From positions 19,789,869 through 19,853,868 of the forward strand of contig OZ316892.1 of assembly GCA_973895155.1 (NCBI GenBank): a stretch of 64,000 nt of DNA. The letters are read 5' to 3'. Positions 48,039 to 59,945 of the stretch are shown one piece after another. How positions within the stretch are numbered: position 1 is the first letter of the stretch; every line of letters begins with the position of its first letter. A program made the translations under genes and the position numbers. The notes below the pieces were generated by a model. That model ran no database searches. It worked only from the letters and a program-made list of their open reading frames with translations, and was not told the DNA's origin. Source of the stretch: Marsupella aquatica. Taxonomy: Eukaryota > Plantae > Marchantiophyta.

Positions 48039-51000
48039 TGTCGCGCCGCTAACCTGGGCCTTAAATCCAGTTTAGTGCCATGGTGCGACCTCGACCACCA
48101 GTAAGGGTGAGGGTTCGGGCAAGGAGGTGTGTAGTGACCTCAATTAGCCCTAAGTCGGGCTAAGTCGATATACTTACCGGTATAACACCTGAATAATTCG
48201 TACTAGTCATAGGTATATTTGTTTTCCACCGCTGGAATATTCCCTCAGTTAGTGACTCGAACTAACTCCCGGCTTGGGGCCTTTCAAGCCATCGACACGA
48301 CAGGACCTTGTGACATACAATGAGTGGCAATCCCTACCATTAGTCCGCACCCGGTACGTCCCTTAAAATGGCGCCTTTACCCAGACAAAGCATACACACA
48401 ACACCAGTTACTTGTAGAAACATTAGGGGGAAAAGACTACATTTACTCAGCGAAGCATCAGTTTACATGGTTGACTCGACTTCAAAGGGGGTCAGCAGGC
48501 CCAACGGCAGTCGATGCCCAGTCTCTACGAGGCCCTGCCTTGCACTTGCCCAGCAAGCTTGACTCTGGCTCTCACTCCTTGGTGCACTCTGACCCTGCTC
48601 AGGTCGGGACTCCCCGTGCCTCACCTTCCCTCTGCTGAGATAACTAAGTCTTCTCCCCTTCCTTAGCGGAAGGGGAAGCCTAAATACTACAATCGCGGAG
48701 GAGAGCCGGAGGATACTGCCTTCCGGGATACTACCTACTGACTAACTACCTACTGACTACTAGCCATGCCGCACTGACTGGTTGACCGTCGACGACAAGG
48801 TGCCGACCGGAATGGCAACGGCCAAGCCTACTGACTAATTCTAGTCCGTTGATGGGCTCCATCCTACGTTGGCTGATCCTAACTGATCCGGCCCTAATTC
48901 TTCTTACTGCCGCTAATCGGCGCCTAATGACAGTCATTCTGTCGTTACGCTTAACCAAAAGATGCCGCTGACTTAACTGCCTCGCACGGCGCCTGCTTCC
49001 ACCCTTCGCTAACCACCCCTTACGTGTGTACAGTGGTTGGACCAAGGCTGGTCCCCTTGTCGGGACGAGACCTCGAGCCGCCTTGATCATAGGTGGGCCC
49101 AGGTTTTCCCCGCTGGAGGATGAACAGGGTAATGCGGTCCTGCAAGGCCTTGTTGTCCCGTACCACCTCCTCCGCCTCATTTGCAGCTTCATCGACCTCA
49201 GTCTGGAGCCGCGCTACCTCCAGGTTGAGCTGGTCGATGGAGTTGCGATGGATCTGGTCCTGTGCTAGCAATTTATCTCGTTCGGCGGAGAGACTAGCCA
49301 CCTACTGTGCTGCCTGCAGGAATTGTTTGTTGAGGTCGGTCAGGCTGGTAACCCGAGCCAAAGATTCTAAGCGTAATTGAAGCACGGTGTCATCCAGCTT
49401 CTTGAGTTCGACCTGCACTCCGCTTAACTCCTCGTTTAGTCCGTCCCTCTGTTCGATGGTGCGGACTAACTCCTCGCGTCGGGTTGTTGCCTCCTCCTCG
49501 AGGTGCTCTACCAACATCTGGAGGCGCCCGATCTCATTCCCCTTCGCCATGAGTTCTTCTTCCAGGCGGCTTACGATCCGTGGTTGGTGCTCTAACATGA
49601 AGAAGGCTGGTTGAAAGTACGCCGAGACTTGTTGTCCGACGTACGTCGCCAGCTCCCTAGACACAGTCTGGCTAAACTTCTGGACCAGGTCGTAGGCCAT
49701 GGTCCCCGGGGCTACTTGGTAGTCCTCCATCCTCTCGGGTACCGGTGGTTCCTCGGCAGGGGCAATGAGCTCCTCTGTAGTTAGTGCTGGGGAGGGGAAG
49801 GTCTCTTCAGGTGGTGGAGGGATTGGGGGTGGTTGTACTGCGGGTAGCAGAGGCTCGACGGAAGGGGGCGGCGGAATTTCCACAGGGGGCGGTGGCGGAG
49901 TATTAGTCAGGGCTTCCGGCTCGGGGTTTGCCCGAGGGACGGTAGTCCGTGTAGTCGGGGTTGCCTCCTCTGGGGCGGGGGTGACATTACCCGGGGCTGA
50001 GGTGGCCATATTCTTTCCTCTGGTTCCCGCCGTGCCTTGTACCAGGCGAGGATAATGGCGATATGACTTCCCAAGTAAGTCTTCCCCCCAATAGCCATAC
50101 CACCCTAAGCCCGCTTCAGCTCCCCTGAGAATCTTTGGTAGAAGAATTGGGCCCAGTTTCGTCATTTGTACTGTTCCACCTGCACGATCGTGCAGAGGGA
50201 AATCTCGGATCGTGGCTCAATCATGTGTAGGGTAGTCCGTATGAAGTTAAGCCGCTCCATACAGGTTAAGTTGGTGCACGCCCCCTGCTTGTATCCGTTG
50301 TCCGTCTTACCCTCGGGTTTGAAGTGCCGCGGCGTATATTCCATATCCCGAATCCAGATTTCCACCGGCACCGGCCCGGTTGGTAGGCAGAAGATTTGCG
50401 TTAACCGATGCTCCGTGAGTGATAAGGCCTGCCCCGAAACCTTGGTGGTCGACGCGTCAATGTCGAAATTGGAGATGAACTCACAAATCTCCTTCGGCCC
50501 GGCGGCGCACGGCCTCCATAGCAAGTGGGCGAACCGCTCCAACTGATGCTCCTTGAGATAGTCCGCATGTTCGAGTTTCTTGATCGCGATCCAGACTACT
50601 TCGGGGACGCGGATTACCTGTAATAAGTTGGACTTCGGGTTATCCGGGGGCCGTCGGGTCTGGTTGGTCGGGGGGTTTGCCAGGGTAGGTGCAGGCGCGG
50701 CGTCGGTCCGTGTTGATTCGGGGGCCATCGTAGTCCTTGGCCGCTTACAAGGACGCTGTTCGAGTTGCGGACTAGCTCGCTCAGAACCCGAAGAACACTC
50801 CGTGTTGATTACTGGACGGACTTGGGACTGGTTCGGCGGTACTCCGGTGGTCATCGGTTGAGGCACTGGTGGTATCGGGGTAGCCATATCCCAGTTGAAG
50901 GCGTTGGAGCTTTCCCCGAGGAACGTAAGATTACGTGCCGCTTCCCATTGTCTACTGATGTCTTCCTGGCGCTTTTCGGCTGCGATCTGCTGGTCTAGGT

Positions 51001-51885
51001 ACCCCGGAATCTTGTCGAACTCCACTTGAGTAAGCCGCTGGTTGCCCTTCAGCTTAAAGAACTTTGCTGGAACCTCAAGAATCGCCTCAGCTACCAATCT
51101 AAGCCCTTCCTCGCTGAGATATAGTTCGGTGATGTAGTCTCGCAGCTCGTTGTAGCTGGAATCCCTGGTGATGGCTGTCCTTTCGCAATTAACCAGTGCT
51201 ACCTTGGTCACCAGCCTCGCGTATCTTCGTTTGTAAGCGGCTTTCTCGGGGCAAGAGTACCAGTAAGTCTCGGAGAACTTAGCACCTACCTCGCCAAACA
51301 AGGTCCAAAATCCCAAGGCTGTGAGGGTCATACTAACCTCGTAGTCCGGTTCGTTGAGTCCACGTTCCCACCCGGCTGGTCCTCTGTCTCGTGGAGGCCT
51401 CGCTCGTCCTGACTAAATCTCGCCACATTCCGTTCTTCTCCCTCGATAATCTCCTTGTAAAGGTCAACTCGATTCGATCAGCAGGGCGAGTGGGTGGCAA
51501 TGTCCGCGAATTCAAAGAAAGGTAGACATGAGCAAATGGCCCGCAGCACCATCGGCTCCTCTCTTATGGAGGTGCCAGGATTAGCCCGAGCGTGAGAAGG
51601 CCAGGCCGTTTTGGTCATTGATAGCGAGCTGAAGTCGGCGCCTCGGTCCAAGCGTGATTCTTCTAACTGATTTTTACTCCGCTGCCGCCACCGTACCTCG
51701 GTCGCGCGTAATAATCCCCTTCCTTAACTCGTAATGATTCGATCATCTTAACCTACTCCTAATCTAATCATAATGGCAACAGACGGCTATACATGCTATT
51801 CTACACTATGGCTACGGTCCTAATGACCGTATAAGTCCTAATTTACGACCTGGGTTCAGTCAAGTGACACGTTACCCGTGTCACA
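48039..51885 (-). mobile_element. 3.85-kb TG..CA-bounded insertion (solo-LTR-like) with a minus-strand ORF
   Basis: TGTCGCGC...GTGTCACA ends, 5-bp TSD AAACA at 48034-48038 and 51886-51890. No gag or pol. Confidence 0.85.
49020..51515 (-). pseudogene. Accessory protein homologous to 41668-45108 (stops and frameshifts)
   Basis: QLERFAHLLW..EICEFISNFD..VSGQALSLTEHRLTQIFCLPTG aligns by eye with GLEAFVRLPW..DLLEFVGSWE..IYGKDFYLTPKVIAEVFGLPIG. It is followed by Pro-rich and coiled-coil segments. Confidence 0.7.
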
Positions 51886-52333
51886 AAACATGATGAGACT
51901 GGCCTATGGCTTGCCAATTTTAATATGCCTTATCCCTCAGCTGAGAAATTAGATTATGTCTTGCCCAGTCAGATTGAGCAGGTTTTCTTTTACCCAAACA
52001 TAGCCAGGGCCTCTTGGAGACATGTCCTCCATAAGGAAGGGAGGTCTCGACGAGTTGTTGAGGGTACAAATGACCTTGAGTTTAATGATCTTGTGGATCG
52101 TCATGAGGCTGTTGAGGCTGAGCTTGTTGCAGCAGCTAACAGACGAGTGCCCTTGGATGAAGGAGAAATTGTAGTTTTTCAGGAGATGGCAGTGTTGACA
52201 AGAAGTGATAGTGATGATGATGATGTCTGGGAAGATGAAGAAGATTCAAATGAAGAGTGAGAATGTGCCTCTTGGGGTAGGAAGTACTGATTGCTCTTTG
52301 GTGATAGTGTTTTTTATGCAGTTTTGAATTGAA

Positions 52334-55318
52334 ATGCATGATCGATCTGGGGTGAAAGGTTCTGAGAATGCCGTTGAGGCACAAAGGAATAAGAACATAG
52401 CAGCCAACCAAGCTATACTTGACCAGTTCGTAGGAACTGCTGCAAGAGATTTAAAGTATGTACTCTATCCCTATATAGTTTTGAATTTATGCCTTGACTT
52501 TATTACTAATGGTTCACACTCATGACATTGCCAAGGTGATTGCAGTTTACAGGGTGAGGCAAGGGTCAAGCGGCTATCTAAGTTGTCAAAGAAGACTGAA
52601 CAGAATCAGCCGTCTATAGCAAAGCGTAGGAGTTCACGATTACTTGGCAGGCACCTGGAGAAAATCATGGAGAGTGACAACAGTGGGAGTGATGAGTCTG
52701 AAAAATCAGCTGAGACAAATTATGGGGCAGATTTAAGTGATGGCTTTGAATCAGATGGTGTTGAAGAGCTACGTAAGGTAAGAGAAGACTCACTGTCATT
52801 TTCTACTTCACTTGAAGCTAATTGCATTAATTGTCCAATTTCTGTATATCTCAATCTGGTGCTACTATTACTAATTACTTGAATGTGCACACTGTTATCC
52901 TCAGTCTCCCCAAAAGTCAGGGCTTAAATATTATGTGGATCCTAGGACAAAGGAAGTGAGTGTGTGTAAGTAATTTATTCATTACCTCACTTGCCATGAA
53001 CTTGTTTTTGACTTGCCAAGTGAATCTTGAGTTCAGAGATTCTCATAGTTGCAGATTGATTGTCACAAGTTACATTAATGTTTGACTTGCTAACAAAATC
53101 TCTTTGGTTGGTTGTGGTAGTGACACCCTTGCCTAGAGCATCTGCTCGTGATCTAGATGATGGAATTGTCACAGAAAGATCAGAACAGACACACGTACGA
53201 CAATCATCTCGTGCTGCAAAGAAACAATGGGAAGAGAACACAAGCGAGCGTCGCAAGTTGGGCATGAAGAAAGCTGCAATCACTGTATGTTGCTTGTGAA
53301 AGATCATGCTTGTGATTTATTGTTTGTCCTCTGTTATTGGTCTCTTATGATGCATTGTGTGCAGATTTGGAACAATGATGTTGATCCCAGTGATCCATAT
53401 CGGGCACGTTGGGGAGATGATCTTCGTGCTGTGTGTATGGGTAAACTGAATCCTTCTATCCGTGAGATTAAGAAGCAAGACTCAGGGGTTCTTCTTCATG
53501 TTTATGCTGTGTTGGAGAATGATTGGGAGTATGTACAGGGGACTCTGTCAATGAAGAAGTTCAGGTCTCATTGTTCAGCAGTAATGAAAGCACAACGAGC
53601 AAGACTCCACAACCATTTTCAGGAAGGTGAAAGACGCTTGGACAAGAAGCCCCTTGAGAATGTGAAGCCTGAACATTGGAAGGAATTGTGTGAGTGGTGG
53701 CTGTCTCCAGAAGGGATGTCTAGCATTGATAAGATGAAGTATGCAAGATCTAAAGTCATTAATCCATCAAGGGCGAGATCAAGGGTTGGACGAGGTGGCT
53801 ACCGTGGGAAGGAGTCTGACTTTGTAAGTATACAAGATTCATTTACAGTTATTATGAATGTTTGTAAACAATAAATAGGCTTATAGCATGTGTCTTCCTT
53901 TGTTTTAGCAATTGGTATGCAAAGAAGCAAGAAATTTCATTCTAATATGTATTGTTTGGTCTCATTGCTCAGAAGAGAAAAAGAGGGGAAAGTCCACCTC
54001 TGTCTGAGCTACGCTCAAAAGATGATAGATTTGGAGTATCAAGTGTGAGATCTGTCATAGGACAGACCACACCATCTCATCGGAGAGGCAGAAAGTCAAT
54101 TTTGAGTATTAGTTCATAAGTCCAAATTTTTATTTCCAAATTGCCAAGTCTAGGTGATATCCACTAACTTTTGTATGATTGTTCAATGGTTGCAGACACC
54201 AGGTTCCAGGGCTATGATGGGAGACGAGGAAGGACGTGATGAGCGTATATTGAGTACAATTGTGAATGCAATAAGTACAGGGATGAGTGTTGGGTTTGAC
54301 AAAATGTTAACTGTTTTGACAAAACCTAGCCTAAATCAAGATGTGGAAGAAACCAGAACTGTCCCAGTTGGGCCGGGACAGTCTTCAATGCCCTCACGAA
54401 TGAGTTCAGTTCCGAAAAGTCATTCAGGCCGTAGTACTTCAGCTGGGAAACTAGACTTTTTGGTGGACTTGACCAAAGAAGGTATGTTCTTTACAGAGGA
54501 CAGTTAAAGTATGTGTAATCAAGCATGCATGACTTGGATTAGTGAATGTTTTCTAATGTCTTGAAATGTTAATGGGCAATTGAAGATGATCAGGGGATTG
54601 ATCTCAATGCTGCTGTGGAATACAATTATGACCCAGTGATTGTGAAGCAAGAGATCAATGAAGAAATAGAGGTGGTATACAGTTCGCCTGCGCAGCATGA
54701 TCAAGCAGGCAAAGATAAGGTTGGAATACCATCTAAACCCTAAACTTTGTACTATTAATGTGTTCATTATCCCATGAATTTGTAATATAAACCTGGTAGG
54801 GCATGCTTATGTAAGTTGTCTCACCCTAATCTGTTTTGCAGGAGATAATAGAAGCTTTGACACCTGAAGTTGTTTTGACAAAGTCATCTGAAGAAGCCAT
54901 TGTTACAGAGTTTTCAAAGTCGATCCCTTCACCTTTTGTCTTGAAGGTGAGCAAAAGCAAATGATTGCTTTCAATACATGTCCTATTTGTTTATTTGCTG
55001 TAACTTGTCATTAACAAGTCTAAGTAATGAAATGGTTGTGTTATGTTGTTGATGTGTGACAGTTTAAAGTAGGAGACATGGTGAAATTGAAATCACTAGT
55101 GGATCAGCAGGTCATTGCTATTGCCAGAATCGATGGAGTATGTGGACTTGATTGATATTATGACAACCCAGTTCCTACTGGCTTCTTGATTGTCAAAGCT
55201 GTTTCTATTTTGAATGGAGATGCACCTCTCCAAGAAAAGCACCCAGAAGGCTTGGTAGCCCTCAAACATGTGAAGGGGCACTCATTTTTGTGGAGGCAGA
55301 AGTTAATGAGGAAGTAGG
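52334..55318 (+). CDS. Multi-exon CACTA TnpA-like protein
   Basis: Exon at about 53365-53823 reads RWGDDLR..MKAQRARLH..VKPEHWKELCEWW..MKYARSKV..GRGGY, similar to 5455-6330. Many short GT-AG-bounded exons; the last ends ..HSFLWRQKLMRK*. Confidence 0.7.
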
Positions 55319-56469
55319 ATTAGTAATTGAGGAGTAGAGCTTGCAATAGAGAATCCATGTGATTGAAGAAGTATGTAGGTTCCCATATAGGTAGCATGGA
55401 TACTATTGTGCAACTATGGCTCTCAATTTTTGGATTCCCAGATGTGTATCACTCTGGAATTTTGTTGGTATTTGAAATGATGACTTACTAAGATTGTGTC
55501 ATTTCTCAAATTTATTTGAATGTGTATGTGAGACATTTGAGGTTTTTGCTATTGCTATTTAGGGTTTAGAACTTTAAAACTAATGACTCTACATCTAGTG
55601 ATTCGACATTCCAATGTACTTCATTCAAGTTCTATAGTACACCCAAATCACTACAATTGAAGTGATCAATACTAGACTATGGTCATACTACTGCAACTAT
55701 AGTTATCAAAGATATGATATTCATCACCCATTTTAAAGTTGTAACGTAACAATCTATAACACTTAAGATGTAGTCATATAGCAAGTAATAATGGACTGAA
55801 TGATAGGTCTGTAAATACAGTCATATATAACAAATAACAAAAACTTTACAATTACTACTTCAATTTAAGACATATATCAAGAACTAAATTGCAAAATAAT
55901 ATCTTTATTACATCAAACTTAGGGTGGATTGCATGATTGAGGACTACCAAAGGAGGCAAAAAGTCTCCAGTCCTTTCACTAATCCAAAGGACTGTCAACG
56001 GCCAAGATTGGCACATCTAAAGTCAAAAAGGACTTAAACAAATCAAATGCGTATAAGACACATTCATTAGTATTTCAGCTCCCGAGGTAACCCCTTTCTT
56101 GTCGCAACTATAATTTATGAGTGAAGGACAACCGGTTCTCTAGGAGAGTGCTGGCGCTATTAGTTCTGCGTGGAGGACTTTTCAAAAACAAGGAGTCAAA
56201 GTCCTTTGGGGAAACTCATTTTTTGTCCCGACAACTAGTTCTGTGGGAGAATGTCATCGGCGCTACTAGTTCCGCAGGGAATTTTCAAAATCTAGGAGTG
56301 AGAGTCCTTCTCACTTAGGCGCGAGCTACAATTTGTTCAGAAAGTAGCGAAGCCGAGCGCAAAGGTCCATACTTAGCCTCATGAAGCATAAGATGGATGC
56401 CTCTGTGAGAATTCATTCAAGAGCAGTCGTGCAATGATGTGAGATTCAAGATGTTCTAATTTGTGTTGC

Positions 56470-57420
56470 CTTCAAAGCATGGGGAATGAGCTCATGCAAA
56501 AAGGAGGGTAGGGTTTACCTGAAGCTCTGCCAAACAGCCAATCAAGCTGCAGATTTAATTTGCGTTTGAAGCTTCGCGGATGACATTCAAATCCGAGCAT
56601 GAGCAAGGGGAATGAGCGCAAAAAGGAGGGCAATGAAGCTGCAAGTTTTATTAGGGTCTGAAGCATTCCTGATGATGACGGGAACTTTGGGAAAGAGTGC
56701 GAAGGAGGTCTGAAGAGGATCAAAGGGTTGAACATTGACTCAAATCACTCACTAGCAGCCATCATCGACAGAATTGAGGTAAATATATGCCTCAATGCTT
56801 TTGTTTTCGAAGAGGAGATTTTTCTTTGCACTGAAGAAGCAAGGATGTTGGACAGAGTATGTGATGATTGACAGAATCAGAGTAGCTTAAATTTTGAAAG
56901 GCTTTGTTTGTTAACAAGAGTTCAAGTTGCGTTAAAGTCTGGAATGACCAACAGTGGCCTTTAAAATACCTTATCTGAGCTTTGTGGAACACAAAATAGG
57001 TAGCAACTCTGGAAAGTTCTATGATTGGGTTAAATTGATTGAAAGAGCAAGATCCGTGGTATGATGTGAGATCCATGCTCTGATAAATCCGTGTTGCCTT
57101 CAGAGCATGGGGAATGAGTGCAAAAAGGAGGTTCAATGAAGCTGCAGATTTATTAGGGTCTGAAGCTTTGCTGCCAACGTACATTTGAATCCGAATAGGA
57201 ACTTCAAGAAAGAGCATGGAGAGGAAGCTCAAGCAGTCAATCAAATCAGTATTGGCAGCTATCGTGAACAGAATTGAGGTACATTAAATTAAATTGATTT
57301 GCTTTTGTTTTGAAGAGGAGAAGTTGCTTTGGACTGGAGAAGCAAGGACACTAGCTAGACAGAGTATTTGATGATCGACACAATTTAGGGAGTTCCCAGT
57401 TTGAAAGGCTTTTCTCAAGG
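56470..57420 (+). repeat. Degenerate direct duplication with about 500-bp offset
   Basis: GGGAATGAG.GCAAAAAGGAGG..CAATGAAGCTGCA..TTTATTAGGGTCTGAAGC and ACAGAATTGAGGTA..GCTTTTGTTT..GAAGAGGAGA recur at about 56608 and 57110, with a partial third copy at 56476. Confidence 0.75.
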
Positions 57421-57639
57421 CTTTTCTTTTTCAAGAGGAGAAGTTGCATTGGACTCGATCAGGAAGGGTAGCAAGTCTAGAGATTAAATGTGATGATTTT
57501 GTGAGGTATGTTCTAAGTCATGAATTGAAATTGGATCCCTGGGACGTAGGTGAATTTGATTCTATGAGGGTGGGCGGCCTTTGATTGGTAAAGGAAGTTG
57601 AACACCCCGACATATTTGATGCTCCATGATTAGGCTGAA

Positions 57640-58878
57640 ATGGATACTCTTAATCAGGTATCCGATGCCCTAGCAAGAGAGAGGTTGGAGAAGCGAAGGT
57701 TGGCAAATCGCAAATCCAAGTTGAAAAGACAAGAGCAAATAGCAAACGGTCAGCACATAGGTGGTCAACAGGCAGTTTGCACTGATGAAATGATTCATGA
57801 AACACAACAACAGTGCAATCTCATGATGGAGAGTGCTAAGCAGCAATGTCAAGATTTAGTGATTGATGGCAACCGAAGGCAAAGAGAGTTATTGGCTGCT
57901 GGGAAATCAGAGGCAATGAGAATTACTAGTGAGGCTCATGAAGCTGCCGCTGTGATGTTGCGTACAGCCCGGGAAGAAAGTGAAAATCTCAAGGAGGCTG
58001 CGCATTCATGCCATTTTGAGATTTTAGAGTCTAGGCGGAGGACCCTAAGGGCAAGCATTCCAACACAGGTCAACGCCCACATTCGAATGCCAAGTCAGAG
58101 CACCCCAACTGCTTGCACTCAAGTGCATGCAGCCCACCTTCATCCACTAAATGAAGGTGAGCACGATAATTGTGGTTGTGATGACCAATTGCAGGAAGGT
58201 TCCATTCTTGAGAAGAGGAGGAAGGATGCAGACAGGAAGAGATTTGAGTACCAAAGGAGCAAGCGCTCTGTTCCAGAAGACTGTGTAACTCCCAACCGAA
58301 AGAGAAGGTGCATTACAATTGTGTTATCAGATATAGTTAGGTACATTTTGGAGAAGACCGCTACATTCAATGTAGGTGCAAGGAGGGCAGTACTATCTGG
58401 TATCTGGTTGCACAAATACTTGAAGAAGTACCAGCCTACAAGACTAGGTTCGCCTAAAATGGATTGGGCTGTAGCTGCTGCATTATGTGATGTGAGGAAA
58501 ACCTTGAGCATAGTGAAGCAAGGGAAGCGCAAAGACCATCTTGCTGCAAAGTACCAAGTTTTGTCAGCACTTGTAGAAAAGACATGTGTAGATAGAAGGC
58601 AGCAGACCTCTCTAGCTCAAGCTTTGGGTATACAACGGCAAAATCTTCATAGGGCATCTAAGATCAGGATGCAGATTGATGAAGATCGTGAAAAAACTTA
58701 TCCTATGGGGGAAAGAAAGGTACGTCGAGATAAGATTTCTGATGAAGTTCGAAAACAGGTGGAACACTTTTGGGAAACCCACACTCGAATTTCTCCATGT
58801 AAGAACAATGAAGCCAGATTGCGACTAGGGCGGAAAATGTATGAAACACATCAAGTGCACTGGCTGGAGGATACACAG
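57640..58878 (+). pseudogene. N-terminal part of a Sola2-like DNA transposase, truncated after a splice donor
   Basis: 418-aa ORF ending RKVRRDKISDEVRKQVEHFWETHTRISPCKNNEARLRLGRKMYETHQVHWLEDTQ|gtgag, a motif recalled from Sola2-type transposases. No catalytic core follows. Confidence 0.55.
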
Positions 58879-59039
58879 GTGAGAAATTCTCCATGATTGA
58901 TTTGCCACTTTTGATTTTAACTCATAATACGATCTGCAGATGTTGAGAAGTAGGTTTCCTTCATGTGTGCTTTAGCCATTGTGCTCTGCTGTAACCGCCT
59001 AGTTTTTTCTTTAAGGTAGGATCTGAATAATTTTGTGAG

Positions 59040-59940
59040 ACCTGACGTCCTATATAGCCTAGCAGGAAGGACTCTATTCCAGGAAAATTCCTTCAGGACT
59101 GACTATCTAGGCCTTCAAGAAGCACTGTTGAATCCTTGTCAAGTGAAGTCTGGCATGAGAAACGAGTTGAGTCCTTGGCAAAGTACTATCTAGTTAATCA
59201 CTAAGGACTATATAGTCCTTGACTCAGGAGTATGGATAGCAGTGAAGTCCTTAGTCAAAGGACTTTACTCCTTAGCCAAGGGCTTCACTAAGCGTCAAGG
59301 ACTATATAGTCCTTATAAAAGGACTATACTCCTTTGCCCAGGACTATATAGTCCTTATCAAAGGACTTTACTACTTTTTAAAGGACTTTGTAAAGGACTT
59401 TACTACTTTGTAAAGGACTATAGTCCTTTCTAAAGGACGTAACTCCTTTTTGAAGGACTATTAATAGTCCTTACTCAAGGACTTTACTACTTTGTAAAGG
59501 ACTATAGTCCTTACTAAAGGACTTTACTACTTTGTAAAGAACTATAGTCCTTGCTCAAGGACTTACTCCTTTGTGAAGGACTATTAATAGTCCTTCCTAA
59601 AGGACTTTACTACTTCGTAAAGGACTTTAGTCCTTACTCAAGGACTTTACTACTTTGTAAAGGACTATAGTCCTTTCTCAAGGACTTCACTCCTTTGTGA
59701 AGGACTATTAATAGTCCTTACTAAAGGACTTTACTACTTTGTGAAGGACTATAGTCCTTTCTCAAGGACTTTACTCCTTTGTGAAGGACTATTAATAGTC
59801 CTTACAAAAGGACTTTACTACTTTGTAAAGGACTATAGTCCTTCCCCAAGGACTTTACTCCTTTTAACAGGACTACTAATAGTCCTTGGACTTTACTCCT
59901 TGGTACGGGCTTTCGTAACTTAGGACTATAGTTCTTATTC
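59040..59940. repeat. Dense AAGGACT/AGTCCTT repeat array (CACTA subterminal type)
   Basis: Alternating AAGGACTATAGTCCTT and AAGGACTATTAATAGTCCTT palindromes with AAGGACTTTACTACTTTGT units. Confidence 0.9.
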
Positions 59941-59945
59941 TTTCA

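Larger units (their letters stand above)
34949..52260 (+). pseudogene. CACTA TnpD (Tnp2) transposase split by three insertions
   Basis: N-terminal KCPCYIC..VKKHL at 34949-35253. Tnp2 core (IDACEDGC, HVADSRAW, LALDGVNPF, STWPV) at 40471-41552. LWTVNNYPA..GCIVCG and HVLDPMH..GLKSHDYH..WMYPIERY at 46220-48038. C-terminal YVLPSQIEQVFF at 51891-52260. The junctions rejoin as ARCAEELANDMD, AILLWTV and SMKHDETG. Confidence 0.92.
24611..59945 (+). mobile_element. Large CACTA/En-Spm element hosting nested insertions; left end tentative, right end probably outside the window
   Basis: TnpD and TnpA-like genes on the plus strand. CACAGAGAGATCCCC at 24611 resembles a CACTAG terminus missing a T and is followed by GACT/AGTC motifs. 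GACT/AGTC subterminal arrays lie at about 55580-56040 and 59040-59940. Confidence 0.55.

Noticed and set aside
59242-59923. ORFs 59242-59433 and 59741-59923
   Set aside because: They are translations of the tandem subterminal repeat.
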